A stretch of 40,476 bases of DNA from Catajapyx aquilonaris (taxonomy: Eukaryota). The notes beneath the pieces were generated by a model. It was not told where the DNA came from and did no database searches. It worked only from the letters and a program-made list of their open reading frames with translations. Below, in pieces: positions 10,253 to 33,343 of this stretch (position 1 is its first letter; the number at the start of each line of letters is the position of its first letter). The stretch covers positions 62,001 through 102,476 of the forward strand of contig JYFJ02000904.1 of the NCBI GenBank assembly GCA_000934665.2, in the 5' to 3' direction. Made by a program: the position numbers and the translations under genes.

Positions 10253-12568
10253 TTCATGACTACAAGCCTTGTTCAGAAGTCTATAGTGCATCTACTGAAC
10301 AAAGGATACCCAGTGTGACTTGGTGAGGGGCAACAGTAATTTACACCCGAATTCACATTGTGATGTCTCACATTTCATAAACCACATTAGTAGGTAAAGG
10401 GGAACAAACCAATTATAAGATTTGCTCGGATTTGCTTTTCTCTCCTCCAGTTTGTAATCGTTATAAGTCAGTTTACCTTCCCCCTTTACAAGCAGAGGCA
10501 GTTGGGAGTTTCCTAACTGCCTGTGCTTTGACGGGTCAATATGTTGCCTTAAATCAGGACGGAAGATGTATGCTAAAAAGATAGACCTATGGGACCTTGA
10601 TAGTTACTCTGTAAGATTTGCAACAAGAACCGTGGCATCTCACTCTGTGCTGTTGGTTCAAGAAATGATTGGCAGGAGAGAGAAAAACAATGCACTACAG
10701 AGCTTACCCCAAACGCCCAATACACTTCACCATACTCTCAAAAACTAAACCCCCTCCCCCCTCCCCCCTCCCCCATTACAATGTATAAAACGAGCCCAAT
10801 GTTACAATAGGTGGTGGTAACACAAATTACCTTGTGCTCATTACCGGGGCAGAAAAAGATTCTGTAGTTGGAAAATAATTCAATCTATGGCAGGACTGCT
10901 TGATTGGGTCAGAACCCAAAGAACTGAAACTTGGGCTATGTCAAGCGTTAAGCATATTCTTTCAAAGAAAGGCATACTGGTGCTCTTCTTATACCTACGT
11001 TTCCCCACTCTTATCCATTACCCCTATAGCCCAGGAGTTTTACGCAAAGGGTAGTTATCTCATATAATTCCCACATAGTTCGACAGTGAAGTATATGTGG
11101 AAAGGACATATGCTCAATAAAAAGCTACCAGTCTTCCTCTATGCATGTTGAGTAACTGGACCACCACCGTCAAAAATGACAGAAAATGAGCACAGGTAGG
11201 ATGCTCAATAGTTTAACGATGGCAATGTAACTCACCGTGCAGTTAGGAAAGAACTAAGTTACCTTTCGTGACATTGTACATATTATGTTCCTGCACATTG
11301 ATAAATGCACAGTATTCATGAGATTGTTGTCAGAGTATAATGCTAAAACTCCTGGGGTGCTAGTTTAATCCTACCAGCAAGAACCACAACAAGAATAAGA
11401 CCTGGAGATAAAGGCAACCACAGAGAGAAAAAAAAACCACGAAAAGAAATGAGTCCATCCCAATTGACAACTCACATGCACACTTGACCAATTGCAGTCT
11501 CATACTAATTTTGTGCACCTGGCAGGTAGTGCCGTTCAAAATTGTGACAAAGCGGCACCAAAAAACATCACACATTTAAAAAAATTACAAAGCGCACACA
11601 CTACATGCACACACCTCCCTTGTGACAATTAAATACGGTTTTTTTAAAAACAAAAAAAGGTTGCAATAAATACAGTTGGTATATCCCTGACATAGTAGAG
11701 ATTACGTCATTGCAAGTGCAAAGTGGGAACAGGTGAAGTAACTGCAATGTTCATGTCTAGCTGCACAGGCAGGGAGGGTAAAAAGCAGCCAAGTTTCACA
11801 TCGGTGAAACCCCTTCCCTTTACACTACTACCATTACACAGGTCACACAAAGTAGACAAATGTCGAGAAGTTCCCACTTGAAAAAAAAAAAAAAAATTAT
11901 TTACATTATGTACAATGTTGCACTCGTGTCAATCTATGCAATTATTTAAGGCCATTACTTGTTTGCAGCGTATCCTGTGTACGTGTGTTCAACCCCTCAA
12001 GGGAGTCCGTTTGAGAAAAAAAACAGACCACTTCTTACCCACACAACTATACCTACTAATTTTTTGTCTCACCAATCTATGTTAGCTCGTCTGATTAATG
12101 CTAAAAACCCTATCACTAATTGTAAACTTTCCACACACACAGAAGATAAAAAGCAGGAAGTGATCTGGTAGCTACCACATTGTGAAAAATTGCAAATGAC
12201 ATTACGTTCTCCAACATTGATCTCTGCATCAAAAACTCCACGGAATGTAGTCACCATGCATTGATAAAAATGCACTATACACTATCCTGTGCTTGCTCAC
12301 TTCCAACTCATCAACTGGACGCTAATCTGGGTTACGGAACGAACCGCCCTCTTTTGATATTTTGTGATCACATCAGTTAAAGAATATGAAGCGTCACAAT
12401 TTTATGTCACTACACCACTCTCTCCCATGTCATTCCCAGGTTGACTTCCTGGGAAAGGAACAATTGCATAATGAAGCCTAGAAAACAAGTTACATTTCGA
12501 GCCGCTCGCAAAATTTACCCTCGCGAGTTGTGATTAAATTAACATAAGCTCGTAGTTAGGGCAGAATG

Positions 12569-12662
12569 CCTTGCGTTTCTCCTGTGACCCCGAAGAGCTA
12601 TGCTGACAGTAGCTTTGTCTACTGGCAGGGTCCTCCCAAGCTGGACAGGTCTTTAGGGTAGG
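12569..12662 (+). mobile_element. Probable remnant of an RTE-clade LINE 5'UTR
   Basis: CTTGCGT..TGACCCCGAAGAGCTATGCTGACAGTAGC..CTACTGGCAGGGTCCTCCCAAGCTGGACAGGTC..GGGTAGG resembles, from memory, the conserved 5' leader of RTE/Expander-like elements. Internal stems GACCC/GGGTC and CTGACAGTAG/CTACTGGCAG. Confidence 0.5.
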
Positions 12663-15313
12663 AAAAAAAAAACTAACTCTTCTTTTTCTTCATCATTTGT
12701 CCCCATCTGTTCCACCATTGTATCTTATAGCCAGATAGCCACACACAGTTACTGTCTCCTTCCTAATCAAATCAAACTGGGACCACGTTTGCTATAACTG
12801 AGGGTTGCTAATAGCTGAGGCTCATATCAGAAGTCGACTATTTCAGCTCAAAGTTCGTTCCGATGCTAATTTTCCTCCAAATGTTCATTACTTCCAGCAA
12901 AATATCAAATTCACAACTAAATAGTGTAATTTGAAGTTCTGTATGTGAGAGAGAGTGCATGTCAATTCCCTAATGTCTTGAACTGTCAGGTTGGTGCGCT
13001 AGCACAGATTAGTGTCCAATAATTTCATTCAAAAACCTCGAGAGCAATGGCAAATCTTTATAATGGATTCTTTGTGCCATGTCTCCAGGTAGCATGTGCT
13101 GTTTAGTTTGTAAAACCAGCTCAATATTCACCAATATACCAAGAGTCTAAAAATCACAGATGTTACTCTCGGAATGGCAGGATGTGTCATAAGCGTACTG
13201 AACATCACCTGTGATGCTCCACATTTAGCAGAAGAAAGTGAAAATAATTACATGATAAACTGGCCTCAAATCATACAAAATTTCAACTGAAACCCTGTGA
13301 AACTAAAGCTGTCTTGTGTCATCCTATCACTAAAATTAAATAAGTGCTTAATAGGTGTGGAGGAAACTAAAGAACCCTCAAAAGATGGACTGAAAAAAAA
13401 AAAAAAAATCCCTTAAATGCCTACTTGACCAGTAAAGTGAACTGCTTATATACATTCAAATGATCAGTACTACAGTTGATTATTATTATTTTTTTGTCCT
13501 CTGGTTGTGGAGGTGACCAGAGTTATGGCAGTGATGTGCAGATTTTCATCGCAATGCATTTCTATCCCGAAAAAGTCAGCATCTTTGGTCTTTCTTGCAG
13601 AGACTTGTCCATTACATGCCAGGAGGAGAAAGCAGTTTTTACGACACTGGACAGGTAAAAATACAGCTACACTTGCAAAAATTGCACTCACGAGTACGGT
13701 TGGCACTGAGTTAAAATTTACATCTGAGGATGCCAATCAGCATGTTTTGCTATCAATAAAAACAATTCCGTGTCGAAATGTGACAGAAATTGGCATCCCC
13801 AACTGACACAGAAACGACACCAAAGCCTTCTCTGCAAGAAAGTGACACTGTAAGTACGTCTTGATAAAATATGTACAGTTACACGCAACATCCTTTGGCC
13901 ATGCTCAAAAGTGCTCCCATTAAAAGAAAAGAATTCAGACTCTGAAAAATTCATTTCTTTTTTCTTTTTTTGGTCTAGGGGCACCCATAAATCACAGTGC
14001 TTCCACAGGCGAGAGAACTATAGACATAAGACTATAGAAACTCTCGGTAATCAGTGTCCACATTATGAAAATGTGGTCAAGTCACTCGCTATTCTCAGCT
14101 TACGACATGGAGGAAGATGGAATCAAACTAGATTTTCTCAGAGAAGTAGCATCTTGCAACACTGTGCAACATGCAGGAGAAAGCAAGTGGCCAAAAATCA
14201 CCAGCAAATAAGCAGCAGGGTAATTTATGGGCAGCTCCCCAGATATTTTGAGAAACCGTCTGGAATGTCAGTTCCCTCTCCAGAAAAAAGACCTTTCCTA
14301 GCACTAACCATGCACATGAGGTTTAAGTGGTTACACAATTTTTAAAAAATTGCCAATTTCTTGGCTACATCTCTAGGAGTCTCTAAAACCCTGGTAGCAA
14401 TTAACATTAATGAGGTGTTGGGACCAAGAAACTCCTTGCAGGGTGATTTCTATCCGCATAGCGTCCTAATTTTGGAATACAAAAAGAGCCCCATAAAAAG
14501 TTGCAATCACCCTGCAAATTTCCGCTCATTCTGTGCCATCCCAAAAGAAACCCAATCTTAAATACTCAAGGTACGTTTACAAAAAGGATAATAAATTAAA
14601 CATTACATTTAGAAATTCGACACGACAACTTGTCAAATGGCCTTAAAATATTTCATTCACCACTGCTTTGTATATCATTCTTGCCATTGTTAGGGTCCGT
14701 CTCAAAATCACTTTTGTGTCCACTCTTGTGTCCTTTTGTTTCTTCAAACAATCGACGAGAGGAAGCTCTTCTTGCATGAAGTGCACAGGTAGCAAAATTT
14801 GGCATCTTTTCTCACAATTTTTCAAGTCTCAAGTTTGCCACTAAAATTAACCCATCCCCCCCACCCTCAAATTAAGAATTAATTAATTGGTACAAAAAGT
14901 CTGCTGAGGTGAACTTGGTTTTGCAATTTTAAAGCACGTCACTCTGTGTAATGCTACATGTGTCACTATGTTGAAAGACAAGGGAAAATGATTGTGGAGC
15001 TAACATTCACATGATGGGAGAAAAATTAACTAAATCCAAACCCAATTCCCCCATAAAAAGTGTCTCGTTGAGCTTTAAAAATATACGACCCACCCACACA
15101 CACTCACTCGCAGCTCTCACATGTTTGTCACACGCCAGCTGGGAGTCATGAATCCCTGCAATTCCCTCAGTGATACTGAGCTGCGCAAAGAGGCATTACA
15201 ACTCGCCCCTGCAGATGAAGGTGTGGCGGCCAAATGCCAAGGCAGGCTGGACCAGCCCGGCAGATGCACAGTGAGAGACAAGACTGATGTGCTGACCTAA
15301 CCTGCAGCTGTCA

Positions 15314-26328
<11,015 letters not shown>

Positions 26329-26793
26329 ATTTATCCCACCGCACTTTAAAATGTCTGTCACTTTTCACAAACCCAGGTCAGGAGGTGGCCATACGCGTGT
26401 ACACCGCACCTGCACAAAGAGACGAACTCGTGAAAAACATGTGTGAATGTGGGATGCACACAAATTTGCACTTGTAGGCCACAATCTGTCAGCAATTCTT
26501 GCCATTCTGAATGCACCGAAAGCTTTTTAGAAATGCACACACCTTTCAAACAATGTGTGTTGAGCGACAAGTTTAAAATGCAGATCCACAAGCAAGAGGT
26601 GTCCACAGCAGCTAGTGACCATGGAACGTCACCTTGTCAAGAAACAATGGCTCCAGAGAAGGACAAAGGGCTACTGGCAGTGCATTCAGGTGCACGAACC
26701 TGACGTGCTGTACGATCTTACAACACCCCCTTCCCCCCCTCCCATGTTTTTCATTCTGTGCCAAAACACCCTTGCGAAACCACAGTCCCTTAC

Positions 26794-26857
26794 CTCCTCG
26801 TGTATGTGTAAGTGTGTGTCTGGCAGCTCCTGAGGTGAATCCGCCCACACCGATCAG
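26794..26857 (-). other. Putative non-coding 5'UTR exon of NLK
   Basis: Acceptor-like CTGAACTCTTTTTGTCAG ending at 26858. Strong donor GAG|GTAAGG at 26793. Matching acceptor TCGTCTCTTTGTGCAG| ahead of 26409 upstream of the ATG. No transcript evidence. Confidence 0.45.
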
Positions 26858-27362
26858 CTGACAAAAAGAGTTCAGTGACTAGGCCTGCGCATCCCTGGCA
26901 CTACGGACCTTGCCCTCTCGCCCCCAAAAAGCGATGTACCCCATCATGTCTTGCCAGCCCCTGACCCCCCTTTATCCCCCTGCCCCTGCCTCGCAGCAGG
27001 TTCGGGCTTGGCCCCAGGGTCACAAAGGGCGCCGGGCAGTCCCCCCGTCGCTCCGCCTGCTGCTCCCTCCGCTGTCCGGACTACCACCTCCGCCTCCTCC
27101 TCCGCCGCCCTCGCCAGCAGTCATCACCGGACCACCACCGGGGATCATCACCCTCGCGTCCTCCACATATTACTTCGGGGGCCCTACATCCAGCCGGACA
27201 AGACGCGGGTGCAACAACACTCCGTACGCAACACCACCACACACTAAAGCAGCAGCCCGTTCCCGTTCCTCCAGCCCGTGTGCGAGCGAACAAGCTTCTT
27301 TTCTCTCGGCCGCCAGACAAAGGTGTCTGANGGTGGCGGGGACTGAGGGGTGCGGTGGGGTG

Positions 27363-27386
27363 GCTGCTGCTGCTGCTGCTGCTGCT
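27363..27386. repeat. (GCT)8 / (CAG)8 microsatellite in the NLK 5' region
   Basis: Eight perfect GCT units read directly. Confidence 0.9.
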
Positions 27387-27459
27387 GGACGGATGGATGG
27401 GTGGGGAGGGCTTGTAGAACGCTGCCGATGCGAGTGGGGGAGAAAACAGCTGCACAAAG

Positions 27460-27710
27460 GTTGGATCACGTGACGGGAGAGGGCTGAACGGGGACATCCG
27501 ATTGGTCCGGAGCAGACGCTGGAAGTACAAAGGGGGGTTGACAGTTGAAGGATGATGCTGAACACCAGTGGCGCCACTGACAAAAACGACCGCCATGTTT
27601 CATCTAGTCTACTGTACTCGTACCGGGAAATACAAACACTGCCCCCGGCCCCCTCAAAAAATAAATAAATAAATAAATAAATACAAATAATGAGCAACGA
27701 ATCGATTTCC
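27460..27710 (-). promoter_or_regulatory. Probable NLK promoter (E-box, CCAAT box, YY1/Pho-type site, DRE-like site) upstream of a GC/CpG-rich leader
   Basis: TCACGTGA 27466-27473; minus-strand GACCAATCGG around 27501-27505; CCGCCATGTTT 27590-27600; AATCGATT 27700-27707 (WATCGATW). The GC-rich stretch ~26900-27550 lies immediately downstream on the minus strand. Confidence 0.55.
27658..27682. repeat. (AAAT)n microsatellite between domino and NLK
   Basis: AAATAAATAAATAAATAAATAAATA read directly. Confidence 0.85.
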
Positions 27711-27719
27711 AACATTTGT

Positions 27720-27725
27720 TTTATT
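27720..27725 (-). terminator. Candidate domino (long isoform) polyadenylation signal (AATAAA)
   Basis: Minus-strand AATAAA followed by the U-rich TTATTTGTATTTATTTATTT. It ends an AT-rich 1.2 kb 3'UTR-like stretch after the stop at 28937, with TGTAAATA at 27746-27753. Confidence 0.6.
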
Positions 27726-28936
27726 TTTTTTTCTGCACAAAAAAATATTTACAGCTGACAGCAGCCAGTACGCGTTGTGAAATTCGCAACATCTTCAACG
27801 ATGTGAAGATCACACAAAATAATAAAAAAGGAGGAACCGAAATAATGTCCTGATCTCGCACACACACATCCACACTACTAATTTAAAGTCACAAATGTCT
27901 CACTATCAGCTTTTTTTTTTTCTTCTTTTTTAACAATATGTCGCATCACTTGTACTGAATTATTGGCTTTTTTATTTAAACCAGTTTTTTTTTCTGTCCA
28001 TCTTAGTAATAACAGGGGAATCAAATTCACAGACTCAAATAATGCTATGCTAGTCACATACTCTCAAACACCCTGCTTTTTAAATGTCTAATGTTTATAT
28101 TACATGAGGAATGTGTAGAAAAATCAGCCAGATGTTAAGCTCAACACACAACGCCAGTTGTTAAAAAAAAGAGAGACCTACTGGTAGTAGGGGGCAGGGA
28201 AAAACAATGGCCTAAACTAAATTCATTAATCTTTTTTTTTTCTTCTTTTTACAAAATTTCCCTAACTACTTAAAGTTTCTCTGCAGCATCTGCATATTAT
28301 GCTTGTATTTTTTTTAAATCTTGTTACAGCGGCTCCCTTTCATCACCAAATACATCAGTTAATACTCTTTTGCCCTGTTTCGACACCTGTCGAAAGGAGT
28401 TTGTCTCAAGCTGTCTTTCGCACTCTCGCTCTCAAGCATACCTCTGTGCTCGCACACTCATTTACATACACACATACAGATTAAACTACTCTCAGAAAAA
28501 AGGGTAAAGAACTGCACTGCAAAACTACTTCACAGCCAACAGAACCGGACTATCTTCACTATGTCTGTTTTTCTTTTCTTTTTTTTTTGTCAAAGGAAAG
28601 ACTCCAAATCCGAACAAAAATCTCTATCTCAAGGCCAGACACAAAAGTATCCAAAACTAAAGAGAGTCATAGTGGGCAGTTCAAACATGGTACACAAAAA
28701 GGGCGGAGATGAGAACTATGTACAATGAACGAAAGGAAAGGTTAAAAACAGAGAGGTGGTTTTGCCTTCGCACCACCTCTTTGTCATTTTGTACTGCATG
28801 TTGCGATCATTTCTTTCTTTTTAAATATAATCAGTGACCAAGAGAAACAATTTCTGGTCTAAAACGTGAAGAAAGCGACGAGAACGTGTGAGAGACATAT
28901 TGGTGCCTTCTGCTTGCTTGCTGCTTTTAAGTACAT

Positions 28937-28948
28937 TCACAGCTGGTT
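28937..28948 (-). CDS. dom: Probable domino last coding exon (NQL-stop), followed by 3'UTR
   Basis: ATTTCTTTGCAG|AAC CAG CTG TGA; inferred from splice signals only. Confidence 0.55.
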   Translation of the reverse strand, partial: NQL

Positions 28949-31900
28949 CTGCAAAGAAATATCACATGCATGAGAAAAACATACAGATAACACACTGAGC
29001 GAAATGGTCGTGACACTTGGTCATTCCACAATTCATGCATAATTTACTAGAAATATTTCTTTCTGTCTTAGTGCAACGTGCTGGGATATTGCAACTTTCA
29101 AAACACAGCCACACTGGCCTCCGTGTAAATGCAATTATTTAATGTTTACCATGTCCTGTGGAGTACTAGTTGAGGCTCCGGCAGTACTGCCAGGTGCGGC
29201 TGTCGACTGCAACAAAGTTGCTGCAGTGCTGGCACCACTGTTTGAGGCAGCTACCGCAGCCAATTGCTGCATGTTTATGAGTTGGGTGGCTGTGGTTGAC
29301 GTGGCCGCTGTCCCTGCTGCTACCTGTGTGGCTGAGGACTGCTGCAAAGTCACCTGGCCTCCACTTGTAAACTGTGCTGCCACAATGTTGCCAGCAGTTG
29401 ACTGTAATCCTTGTATCCTCACTGGCGAGTTCGAAGGTGTGCGCATCGATACTGATACGGGTTGCCCTTGCAATGCTGCTGTCACCTGAATGTACACAAA
29501 TTCATACTAAGCACCTGTCACATAACTACGGAAAAGCATGAAAACAAGGTTAGTCATTAATTTGTTACCAACCGTACTCAATACCTGGGAGAGCAGAGCC
29601 TGCTGCTGCTGTTGTGAGGTCCCCACCTTGATGGACCCAGTCAATGCCAGGCTGGCAGTATTGGCCACCCCTTGCTGGCCATGGCCACTCCTGGCAGCTG
29701 CAGCAGCAGCAGCTAAAGCTTGCTGATGTGAAGGAGATGCTGTCACAACTTGTATTGTCTGCTTAACAGCTGCCTGCTGACCACAAGTGACAGGTATGAC
29801 CCTGGCTTGAACTGCTTGGCCACTTGCCAGAGCCGCCTGAGTGGCATGGAGTGTGGCTGCCGTGGCTGCTGATTGCTGGGGTGCTTTCGTCAGCACGGCA
29901 TGAGAGATCACCTGAGCAGTTGACACCTGGCCTGCTAGACCCTGCCCCACACCTCCAGCAACCTAGAAATAATCCAAATTTCAATAAATCCCTGCTGACA
30001 TGACAATTTCTTCATTTAATGATCAAAAACTACTGTACTATCAGCATAACAATACTAAGGACACTTTCACATGCATTTCTTTTGAGAAAGTGTCTCCAAT
30101 AATTTACACCCCATCAGCAACTTGAAGTACTACTACAGTCCTGCACTTCATACATATTCAGGTAAAAGCAAATCTAGAAACATCAGTACTGCTATGGAAA
30201 TGAATGCTATAGACTTGACCTTAACATTCATGAATCTTATTGTTTCTTATAACCTTCCACCACCTCCAACGGGCTGAAAATCAGCAGGATGCAAAATCAC
30301 TTCCCACTTCACGCAATGGAATTAATAAGAAACTTAAAACCAAGCCACTTTTGGCCCCACCACTTCTCTATTTTCTTTGCATTTCCTCAATTTGACAAGA
30401 TACTTGAGGGACTGAGGATCAAAATCCGCCATCTGACATTTTCTTGAAAAATGAGATACGCCCGGCACATGATTCTTAGGGATGCCCTGCACATTACCTC
30501 TGAATGTCGTATCAAAACTAGCACTCCTTCCCATTGTAATGAAGGAGACAAAAGACACTGAGGATAAAAACCTGACAACTACAAACTAATTTTCGAGAAA
30601 TGTGAAACAAACGCTGCCAACTGCAGCTTCTGCATCAAAAACCGCCAACTACTGCATGCGAAATGAGCGAAGCAATAATGCAATAATTGTGTCGGAATCA
30701 ATACCCACCAACTGCAACAAACAATATTACATCGTTGACAAACAAATGAAACTTGATTTTAAATAACAATAGCTTCTGCGCCTACAGTACTGCTTCCCAA
30801 AGTTGATGTCTTACTGGTATTGTAATGAAATAACAGACTTTCCTCAAATATCGCAGATTTACTCTCCATGTATTTCGGCAGTTTTTGATTCTCAGCCCCT
30901 CACCTTATCGTGCCACTGTCGCATACTATTCCAGACCTAATCAGTACTCTGAAATCTATGCCGGGTACAAATTATTAGCTTTACAGCTCAATATTGATCA
31001 GCCACATTTCATCCTTGCACCAATTAGTCTACAATGACTCAACTGATAACTCACATGGGTCATGTGCTGCACTGTCTGTGGTTGCACTTGTTTAATGACC
31101 TGCTGTATCTGCTGCACAGTGACAGTGGTGGGCATCTGCTTCTGAACGGCTCCAGCCCCTCCAGGTTGCTGGACAATGAGCTGTGCTGGAACCCCTGGCT
31201 TCATCCCAACTACCTGAGCCAGTTGTGCTATCTTCTGCTGCGGCATCTTCCTCTGCTGTTGCACTAGTTGCTGATGGTGGATGGCCAGTTGGCGAATGTG
31301 TTGCTGCGTGGCGGCTGTCACTTTGCCCCCTGCTGCAGCTGCTGCGGCAGCAGCCTTCATCTGAGGGAGGCTCATGGCTGCCATTGGGATGGTCACACTT
31401 GGAGTAGCTACAACACCTGATGAGGATGATGAAGCCACCGTCTTAACCAGAGTGGCCACAGGTGTCGTCTGCCCGGCCACAGTCTGTTGTTGCACCTGCA
31501 GACCCACTTGTGCCAGAAGTTGTGCAGGAAGTCCTTGTGTACCTTGGACAGCAACCTGTGTGCCACCAGCCATGACGGATGCCTTCTGCTGTTGCTGAAG
31601 TTGCTGCTGCTGCCTTTTCAGCAGGGCAGCCATTTCTGGCTTGTTGGTGACCACTGCTTGTTTCAGCAGCTGGGCCCGGTGCTGCTGTGACACTTGCACT
31701 GCACCTGCAGAGGTCACAGCCACCTGCACCTTTCCACCAGACACAGAAGCCAGTGCAGCCACATTTCCACCAGCTGCTTGTGTTGCTTGCAACCTCTTCA
31801 ACTGCTGCTCCCGATGCCTCAGCATTGCCTGCTGCCGAAAGAACTGGATCTGCGTTGGCGTCAGATTCTTCCCTGCCAGGGTTGCTGCAGCTGAAGTCAC

Positions 31901-33312
31901 CACAGTAGGACTGACCTTCACAGCTCCAGCTGCTAGCGCAGCTGATACAGACTGAGTGGATGTGTTCAGCCTTTGGGCAGCCTGCATCTGCCCCGGTGTG
32001 ACACTCGCAACAAAAGTGGCTGCTGTAACTGGAGACCCTCCAGGTGCAACTGCCGCTGTCCTAACTTGTGCTGTAGCACCAGCTCCAAACATCTCCTGAA
32101 CAGTTAGGGCTGTGACAGGCCGTTGCCCACGAATGACTGGGGCCAAGGCTGTGGCGGCAGATGCTGGTTGCAGGACAGCTGTGGTTCCCGCAACAGTGAC
32201 CACTGTTCCAAGACCAGCTGCGGACACCTGCGGGGATTGCAGCCCTACCACCACAGCTGCCTGGGTAGTGGCAGGTGCTGCAGTGGTTGCTGTCACTACC
32301 CCAGACACTTGCACTGCAGCTGAGACTGTGGCTGTCTTGCGCTGATGTGGCTCAGGTGTTGCAGGAGTAGCAGTGGTAACACTGGCTGTCACAGCAGTAG
32401 TGGGTGTATTTCCAGTCTTATGTCTATCTCTCTGGATCCTCTCAGCTCTGTTAGCTGCTACTTGCATTGGAGTAAGGGGTGCTTCATACACAATCCCACT
32501 TTCAATCAGGACTGCAGCATGCTTGGAAGTCTTCATCCCAGATGTTGAGGCAACAACAGGCTTGGCAATGGCTGGCCGCTTGGTTGCAACAGCCTTAATA
32601 ACGTCAAAGCTCTTGATGCACAGTCGGGTGAATGCTGTGTTGTTGTCTTGGGCATACATCCCTGAAGTCCTGGCTGCTCTGCTGGCTCTAGCCTGCTGCT
32701 GCTGTTGCAACTGCTGCTGAGCTTGGGACTTGTGTGACTTTTTTTTCTTCTGCTTCTGACCAGTTGCGTCAAACAAGAGGCGACCCTCCTCCCGAGGCAT
32801 CACCGCCAGCTCATAGCGGTTGCGGCAGTGCCTGGCTGAACGATAGATATGGGCCACATTGTTCACGAGGTCAGATGCCAGGTCAAAATTTGGGAGGTGG
32901 CCTGGAGACACCACCACCAGATTCAGTGGCAGCTCTAGGAGGACCTGTACAGTCTGAAAATAATGACAGTAATATATTTGCTACAGGCATCATAAAGAAA
33001 ACTTGCAGTTTGACAACATGAATAGTGCTCTACAGATTTAGGCCCGTATCTTCGACGTCTTGTGCAAACCTGCAGGAGGCGATAGCAGAGGGGAGTTAAC
33101 AAGGTTCTGCCAGCAAGAGTAAAATCATCCCATTTTAGAGCAGTGGTTTCCAACTTTTTACCAACTGCGACCCCCTAAATGTGTTTCTATAAATATGCGA
33201 ACCCTCCCCCCCCCCACCTCCCCTCCCCCAGTCCCTTCTACAACTGCCCCCTTTCCAGAAAACACACACTCTGTATGGCCGCAAAAATGGTTCAATTGAC
33301 ACAGAACTTGCA

Positions 33313-33343
<31 letters not shown>

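Noticed and set aside
14130..14400. TTGCAACACTG / AAAACCCTG motifs resembling hAT-Tip100 termini (similar motif at ~22018-22028)
   Set aside because: I could not find a matching opposite TIR or TSD; too short to support.
26910..27715. Three 170-190 aa ORFs (Pro/Ala/Arg-rich) on both strands
   Set aside because: Explained by the GC-rich, low-complexity NLK leader/promoter and the (GCT)8 repeat. No domain, and an in-frame stop separates them from the NLK CDS.
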